Assembly: GCA_964199315.1 (NCBI GenBank)
Contig: OZ116712.1
Coordinates: forward strand, 8,556,001-8,620,000
DNA length: 64,000 bases
Direction of reading: 5' to 3'
Source: Orbicella franksi
Lineage: Eukaryota
This document shows, in pieces, positions 12,043 through 21,100 of the stretch. The notes beneath the pieces were generated by a model that was not told the origin of the DNA, did not search any database, and saw only the letters and a program-made list of their open reading frames with translations. The position numbers and the translations under genes are program-made. The first letter of the stretch is position 1, and every line of letters starts with the position of its first letter.

Positions 12043-15000
12043 TTGAGAAAAGATAATTACTTACGAAGCTTTCAGTATTCTTCTATTATAATTATGTTAC
12101 TTACGGCAAAGGTTCGGTGCTCTCCAGCTTAGTACAATATTATTCAAGGCACACTGTCTACTGTATCGGGTGAGCATGGCACACACCATGTCGTCACGCT
12201 GGTCCAGGGGGCTGGCACAAACATCGTTCATGCAAAGTGTTTTCAAATAAGTAATATCAACGACGCTGCTGCAGGCAGAAAATACGTTCTCCTCTAGCTT
12301 CGAGCACATCTGTTCCGCCTGTATCTGTTCATCGCATGGTCTTGGAGTCACTGGGCCAGACACGCAATTGTTATCTATGAACGAATTGGCGAACGCATAT
12401 TCTTTTTCTTGGACCTGTCCGTCAGTATCCATGAACTCGTCTTTGATATTATCATTGAAGGTTCCACAAAGACCCGCAGTTTTGGTTTTGAATTCTTCTG
12501 GGAGCTGAATATCTGCTGACCGCTCTCCATCCCATATAATATCCGCCTTGTCTTTTGTCGACACTACGATGTATTGCTTGGCGCCATCTGCTGGGAACTT
12601 AAAGAAAACAAGGAATGTGTTCTTCATCTCTGTTTATTTTCCATAGAGGGTCTTCAGGTGTGAGTACAAGTTTTTACTTCTGGTTTGCAGGCTCCACATT
12701 ATCACATCACATACCCATCTCATCCTATGAGCTAACCTATCTTTCTAAAACCAACATGAAGAGCGAGGACTCTGAAAATGTCACTGGTTTGAAGTTCGAA
12801 GTAAAAAATTAACTATTTTATTAATTTTTTTTTTTTTGCTTTGTAAGAGCACCATGCACAGCACAGCATTACTTTGCATTATATTAACTTGATCACATGC
12901 ACCTGCGCCAGCACTCCGTGGCCGGATGTGCAACCTTTGCCATGTCATAAAGGAAATGTGAAGCGTACTCGTACTCAATTTTAAACTCGTATTCCAATCT
13001 GAGGGTCCGATATGTATTCTCTTTGGCAGGTCTACTTTACATGTGTATATAAATTTACTTATAACAATTTATCCGAACACAAGTATACAATGATAAAAAA
13101 CAAAGAATATCTAAAATACAAAAATTAATGCAAATGATAATAATAATGAGGTTATTAAAAATGAATGAATAAGAAATAATAAAATGTCTGCAAAACGCGT
13201 CCAAGACCCCATTCGAGGCAAGAAATCATTGATCTAAAAATTACACAGAAAAGGTAATGATAATGAAAATAACAAAAGGTTATTAGAGCAGTATTCAACT
13301 TGGCATCGTAACTAAAACCAAAGTAATCACTATGGACAATCATAGGGAGGTAGAGAATCCATTGAACCAATCAAACCTCCAGACAAATACATGAAGCTGT
13401 CGCAAAGCACGGTGACAGTGAGTCACGATTTGTTTTGGTTTCACATTTGCTTGCCAAAGTGGCGCGAGTTTTTTAAGCCAATCACGAAGCGCGGTAATGC
13501 AAAACCAAAGAAAAAGCAAGTAACGTTCGACACTGAAGTGAAAACTGCTTTATATGACAGATTAATTTGAATTCAGCAAATTAAATTATTTGTTGGTGTT
13601 GTTATTTACGAAGTTGTTGTTATTGTGTTTCCCTGCAGCTATTTTTCCATAGTGTAAGTTACACGAGGTTTCGTCTTAATACTCTATGAACTAACTTAAA
13701 CCATACATACCATGACTCTAATATACACTGCTCGGTCAGGCTGGTGTAGATATGGGAACTTATTAATTTCTGCACCGTCAACTTTCACCAGAAACTGCCC
13801 ATTGCTTTCTCTTTTACCGAGTTCAACCTCAACCCCGTAAGCAATAACAGTAAGCGTCTTTTGGCAGGGTGTAAGAGGGTCGCATTGAGCATCATTGTTG
13901 ACGATCACTTTCAGCTTGTCCGGTTCTGATGGGATTTTTACCATGACGTAATTGCATTTGCCGTTGAAGCTATACGTCAAATTGTCAAAGGTGTTGTAAT
14001 GTGCGATTCCAAATATAGAGCACGTGCCATAACCTGGAAATCGATAAAGCAGCGTAGCACGTGTTATTAAAGTGACATTAACTTACTAAGGCCTTGTTCA
14101 TACGACATAATGGTATATCGACAACATCGCTGATGTTGGTAAGGTGAACATCGACATAAAGACATAAGAAAAAGATCAGTTTTTATTTCCTTATGTTGTT
14201 ATGTTCATGCTCTCATGTTGCTATTATGCCATTATGTCAGGATGTTCATACTGCAAACATAACGCCGAACATAACGTCCTCGGCGTTATGTTTATTTCGT
14301 CACGTCACAATGGCACTAGTGTGAACTAGCAATTTACAAAACTTCAAGTCAAGTAAGCTTTTAAAACATAGACTCACCCATCTACTTTTAAAGATGAAAA
14401 GTACGAGGCGGCAAACTAATTTCCCACAAATTTATCAAAGTTTGAACTGGGCACGAACAACTGGTTCGGACCAGAGAAAAAAAATGTACGTCTAATTGCT
14501 TTCTCTATAGACTTCATAGTGCTTTTAAACACAGTAAAAACAGAAACAACCTTTAAAAATAAAATAACCGGCTGCCTACCAGGCTATATTGCAGTAGTAT
14601 GCTATCAGTTTTGTATACAAAAGAATGTATGGAAAAGAATGTATAGCTCAGAATTTAGCACATTCGATATGTAAATATGTTTCAGTTTACCTTCCTCAGA
14701 ATAATTCCTCAAATACTTTGTGGGTGCATTTCAAGCTTTCGCTTTTTTAGTGGGAGCTACATTATAACAAAGCTTCAGGTGAGCATTTCAAAACTGGCGA
14801 CTCCAGTATGGGCAATAAGTGTTTTACACTACCTGGCAACTTTCTGAATATACAAAGCGCAGGCTCATATTCAATTCTTGGGGTAAAAATAGATTCTAGT
14901 CACCAATGGATGATTTAAGTGGTACTGCAGTTAGACATGTTACATCTTTATTTCTGCGATTTTCTTTAACAGTCAAACTTACTGTTGATCGCATCTTGTG

Positions 15001-18000
15001 CACTACCAGCTGCATTACCGCCAGCACTACGTTCGTCAAAAACTTCGGGTGCCACTGTTGTACGAAAGACATAGAAATAGTTGAAGTAAAATAAAGTCGG
15101 CATTCGCACGTAAATGGCCCATCAGGATGGAGCTCATCTCAAGTTTCAGTAGCATGAAATCTACTTCCTCTCGAATGAGACTCTTATTCATCTCAGGGTT
15201 ACCCCCGACATTTACTTCACCGGTATCCATTTAAACTGCTGGGTGGGCCCTTCCTTCTTGCTCTAGATATTACAAATACAAACTTTTTTTATTTTGTTTA
15301 TGAGATATAAATATTCCAAAATCTGATCACTCACTCAAAACGAAGATGACGTTTCTTACAGTAAGGACACTCGAACCATTAACACTTGAGTTTATAAGAT
15401 CTGTATTTTTTTGGTACAGATTAACGCTAAATACTGTCTTTAATCAAATGCACCAAAAATTTTAAATGTTTACAGTGCAAGAAATATTGATTAATTTAAT
15501 GATTGACTGGTTGGTTAGTTGGTGGGTGGGTGGGTGGGTGGGTGGATGGATGGATGGATGGATGGATGGATTGAATGACTGGTGGTTTGGTTGGTTGGTT
15601 GCCTCCTGAAAGAGAGAGCACCCCTTAACAAGAATTTACTATGAACTTTATTCATTCCATAAGTACTTATTTATTTTCTTTAAGGTATACTCACAGTTGT
15701 ATGCTGATTGGCAGTCTTCCAGGCTGATGTAGTTATTTTCGTTACCAAGGCAACCACCGTAATTGAACTGTAAACAGGTCTGGGTGGCTGGGCGGTAGTA
15801 CCAGCGCTTTTCTGTCTGAATGTAAGTTTCTCCGTATAATTCGGGTTCCCATAGTTTGTAACAAATACCATCTGTTTTCATGGGCACTATAAGGAAATTA
15901 TCAATTGGTTACTGAACGTTTTACTCTTTTTGAAATGTTTAATCTAATGCGTTCAAGGAGTTACGTCGTAGATTAGAAAGTTTAGCCCAATTTTTTTTAT
16001 TTATTTTGTCCTTTGTAATCCGTGTTCATCTTCTCCATCCTTAAACATTCTTGATCCTTTAAGGTTTATTCTTTTCCCATTGGTGCTTTTCAGGTTTCCT
16101 TCAATTCAAAGGTAACTTTGTACGTGGCCAAAATAACTGAAAATTCCGAGACCGAGCTCCGTTAATTAATTAAACACCACCAACTTACCACAATTAGAGA
16201 AACAGTCTCTTTTAGTCACAGTGGAATTGAAATCGTCACAACTCTTCTGGAGTTGATCCAGGAATCTGAAACAAGCATCTGTAGAGGCTCCATAGCCTCG
16301 TTTACGCAGAATACTGCCAAGGGCTTGTTGAAGAAAAACTTTGTTTATTCCTTGATCAGGTTTAGGTACAGGTGCTGTTATTGTCAGCGGTGACCTTTCC
16401 TCCACTGTAAAAGAAATTATCAATCATTTTGGTGAGCAAGGTGTATCTCACCCTGCAAACTCAAGGTAACAGGACTGGAGGATAGAAAAGGACAGGTCAA
16501 AGGTTGTAATACATGTAGATGATTCCGAGTTCTCTCGGTTTAAAAATGAAGGCAAGTGTAAAACGTTTATATGAAAGCTAGCGAGCTATACGAAAGCTAC
16601 TGAGCTTCCAGACCAGAGTAGATTTTGAATGATAGCTGTTCATCTCTCATGTTCCGGAATTTTTGGTCGAAAGGATTGTCTTGTTTCTTCATTGCACATG
16701 TCCAAAACCAAACTACTGCTTAAATAGTCTTGAGCCTTATTTTTTTTTTTTAAGTCACTCGAATCAGTTCCACTTTGCTCAACTTGGATGCAAGGCAATT
16801 TCCGGTAGTTTCCTGATTTTTGCATCTATTTGAGATTATCTTATATTACAAATGAGAAATGTTCATCGTGAAAAGAGCTTTTCCTAAACCCAATTTCCGG
16901 TCATTTTTGGTAAATGGTATCCCCAGACAACATGGATGTCAGGCAGTTTCGGGCAATTTTGTAAGTTCTGATTTCTTTCTAGATGCTTCGTATATACCTC
17001 AACATCAAATTGTAGCACGATTGAGAAAAGTTAACCGTGAAAAGACCTATTCCCATCCACAATTTCCGGATATTTTTGGTGAATGGTGCACATCCTGAGT
17101 CTTGCCCAAACGAAAACAGTCCTTGGATCGAGGTAGATAAATGCACGTTACTTTACTTGCTTTAATTATTTACTCAATGATTTTAAATGCTTTAATGATA
17201 CTGACAAGGACCAAACACAACCTTGTCATCAGTAGAACGGCCAAAAAGATTGAAAAGTTTGGCGAATGCATACGAAATCAGTTTTTTTTTTTTATTCGAA
17301 TAAAAATAGGCGTCGGTAAAACAACACTGCCTGCATCAGAAACAAAGCAAGGACTTCAAAAAAGGTACAATTTGCAAAGTTGGGTCAGCTTTGTCTTTTA
17401 CTTCTTCATAGTTTTCTTAATCATGTTGATTTTGCAGCACAAGAGAGTAAGAAATAAACACTTGGAAACATCCCCAGTTTAATATATGAAAATTCTTACA
17501 TGACTACGAGGCTTTCTGTGCCCGTTTTCAAAATTTCCCAAGATTCCTTTGTCTGGTGGTTCCCACAAGAGACTCGATACAAAGAAAATAAGCCCAAATA
17601 TGGAAGTTTAGCAGAAATCCTCGAAGGTATGTTAGAATTTGGATAGCTATAACATGGGCTATTGGAGGCAAGCAAAATTTACATTTCAAACTTGGGAAAA
17701 CGACCCACTGAACATAGCAAATGCACAATTAAGCGAACTGTCATGGTCTTTGCTAAGGTCAGAGATAATTTATATTAGAAAGCACCCTGTGGGAAAGAGC
17801 TTGCATGAAGCCATACTTCTACAGCAGGGTTGCCACCCACTGGAACAAAAAAAAATCCCTGACTTTTCACTGACTCTAAAGCAATTTTCACTGACCCTGC
17901 AGGATGACTATTCTGGCCATGGATCAACAAAATAAGGATGGCTCAGATAATTTTTAAAACAAAATTGCCTTGTCTATACAAGAACATCTAATAAAATAAT

Positions 18001-18122
18001 TTGCGGCAACCTTAATATAAAATTCCCTGACTTTTCACTGACTTCGAACTGGGATTTGGGAACTCCCTGACCTGATACTAAACTCCCTGACTTTTCCCTG
18101 ACCTTGAATAAAATCTCATTTT

Positions 18123-18153
<31 letters not shown>

Positions 18154-21100
18154 TACAGGAGCGGATTTAGGGTGGTAGGGGTGAGTTGGCCAGCCACCAC
18201 CCTTTTGAAGAAGCAAAACATAAAAAAATTGAAAAAAGTTTCGAATAATATGGCAAAAATAAAGGCAAACTCTCTGGACAGGTACCTCATTGTTATTTCT
18301 ACTTTGTGGCATCGCTGGTATTTCTAGTGAAAAGGTTTTCAATTAGGTTTCAATTCTCAAATTGCAACATTTTGGAAAGATGCCCTCTTGATTCTGCAAG
18401 CCCAAGGTACCAACCCCCTCCCCCTTGAAAAATCTTGAATCCGCCCCTGTTCTATAGGTATAACTCGAAACTCCGAACTAGCCTGACAAGCATTTGAACC
18501 AATAACGAGCAAAGAGACTTCCATTATCGAAATAAACGACTCATTTCCACCTCTTCTTCTCGCAGTGTTGCCGAAAAAAAAAATAAAAAAATTTTCTCCA
18601 TGCTTCTATCTATTGTTTCTACCGCCAGGAAATTTGGGAGAGCTCGAACTTACGGCTCTTGTTTTCACAGCATTTTTCGTTCGCCCAACTTCAATTCGAG
18701 TTTCCATTTAACAATAACTTGGATTATGCGCTCGAGATTTATATCACGCATAGAAATCGAGAGCGAATTATCGAATTGTTCTGGCATAAATTTTCAAATC
18801 GTTTAAAAATTTATCTGTCCTCTTCACAAACACTTCGAAAACGCAAAGGAGCAGCCGTCATTTTGCTAACAACCGCACACTGCTGGGCTACTCACTATCT
18901 GAGACAAAATAGGTGGTGAATAGCGTGTTCAATAAGAGAACGGCATTCGTGATAGAACGCTAGTAGATTATACTAAAACTCGATTGAAACGGAGAAGGTA
19001 GTTCGTTGCTAATCATCTGGATTATCCCTAAGGAACGCACCCTACGATGAATTTCGAGTTGTGTGATTCTCTGATTTGTTCGCTGCGCTCTCTTGTAAGT
19101 ATTTTCTATTGATAAAAGTATCATGAAAAGTTGTCTTCCTGTGTAGCAACTGAATTTCTGACCTCAAGCAATGTTTCAGTTTTTTGATCGCATAACTCAG
19201 TCATCATTTTCAATTCGATTCAATGTTTGTGAAAATTATCTATTTTGACGCGACGGGGGGAAAACTGGCATTTATGTTTTTTTTAATTTTTTTATTCGAT
19301 AGTCGTACTGGCTCTTCAAAGACTGGAAGACTCGTAAAAACAAACACACTAAAATTCCTAACAAAAGATTTGAAATACCAACCCCTATTAATGACTCGCC
19401 GTTAAATTTATACCAGCGCCACAAAGTTGGCGAAAACTACACCCACATACAAGTTATGTTCGCGTCGAATACTGGATGAAAGACCAGAATTTCTATTTTC
19501 TGGAAATGCTTTAACTCTGACGAGTGGAACGAACCAAAACAAAAATGAAAAAATATTGAAAGTAACAATGAATATAGAGAGACTACGGAGGAACTTCAAT
19601 TCCGTTTTCTTGACAACTACATTTGCATCAGAGATTATTGAAGTCCCTGAATGAAATTTAAGGAACTAAAGTACCCGTCAGCGCTTAGAGAATTAAATTT
19701 TCATTTCGCAACAACTGCTCTAAACTTTCTCTTTACCAGCACTCAATCCACCTAGGGCACTACATAAAAGCCACATTGCGTGCGAATGTTTTCAGTTGCG
19801 CTCTTCTGTATGTTGCTACCCAGTCGAATCGCCCTTAGCAACAATATAAGTTGGTTAATTACGAGAGGTTTTGCTCACAAAAATATATCCACACGAGATA
19901 AACTTATCATAGGTTCCAATGTTGAATTTTATTTTATTTTATTTTTCTTTACTTTTACAGTTTGGGGAAAAGGTGCTTGAAGACCTGGCTTGCGTCGCGG
20001 CCGCGGGTTATTCATTTCGACTTCAATTTTAACTCCAGTGGAAAACATAATCTTCTGTCCGCCCACTTCAACGCCTGGCATAAAAATTCACGTGCACAGA
20101 TCGTGGTGTTGTCCAATCGAAAGAGAGGAAATGTCCCTTTGACCTTTTCAAGTAATAATATCGAGATACACCGAGACTGACAAAAATGTTTTTCGTAATT
20201 TTTGAAATTATCGACTGGAAATAACATAGAAGGAGATAAACAAAAAACTCCTCAAAGCCGTATACGTTGAAAAACGGTGTTTTCTCCATTTATATAGAGG
20301 AGGCACTAGGTCTCTGTCCTAAGGTTGTCATGAAAACTGGAGTTTTAAACAAAAATGCATTTATTAGGTGCTACCTCCACGGGTGTCAAGCTCATAAATT
20401 TTATAATGCCTTCATGAGGGCATCCGGAGCTGAAGACGTTTATGTAATATTCTGCGAATAAATTCTCGGCAAATTGCGATTAAAAACGTCGCTTCACAAA
20501 TTGAGAGAGTTCACTAATAAATATCAAAACAAAGCAGACAACTGCCTTTGAGTGAGCACTTACAACTCCTCAGTGACCGCTGATTTTCCAGTTGCACAAG
20601 GCTGTCCACCTCTGTCTCAAATGTGTTCTCTAAGTCATATCTGGTAGAAGGAAAATACAAGAGGATTGATTAGCAACCACTGGATTTTATCGAGATTGAA
20701 GAAACTGATTGCTGTCGTTGGTTTAACAGATTCGTTTAAAAGCACTTTTCCCAGGAAGAAACATTGTCCTATATCGATTGGCACTTTAGTGAAAATAATT
20801 AGAAGGCAAACAAATGGGAAGTTTTCCTCTAGTTGAGTTAAAGGCGCCTATACAAGACAAAAAAACATCTTTTTTTTTATTTTCCGTTTTTGTTAGTAGG
20901 AGAAAGTCATGAAATGGAAACCGCTTTGTAGTGAATCCCTTTACTTATGACATTTTTCGGGACTTGGACCGAATTGTGTGCTCTGAAATAAGATCTACTC
21001 ATTTAATTTTTCAATCACAGTGTTTTCGGAATTGGTTACCAATGTGGATAAGAAAAAAAAATGAAAGAGAATCGATTCGCATGTAGTAGCTTTAGAATCT

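Noticed and set aside
1118-14033. GDPH autocatalytic cleavage site in the VWD domains
   Set aside because: The equivalent positions read GIAH, ANTN and GQDQ, so no GDPH is present.
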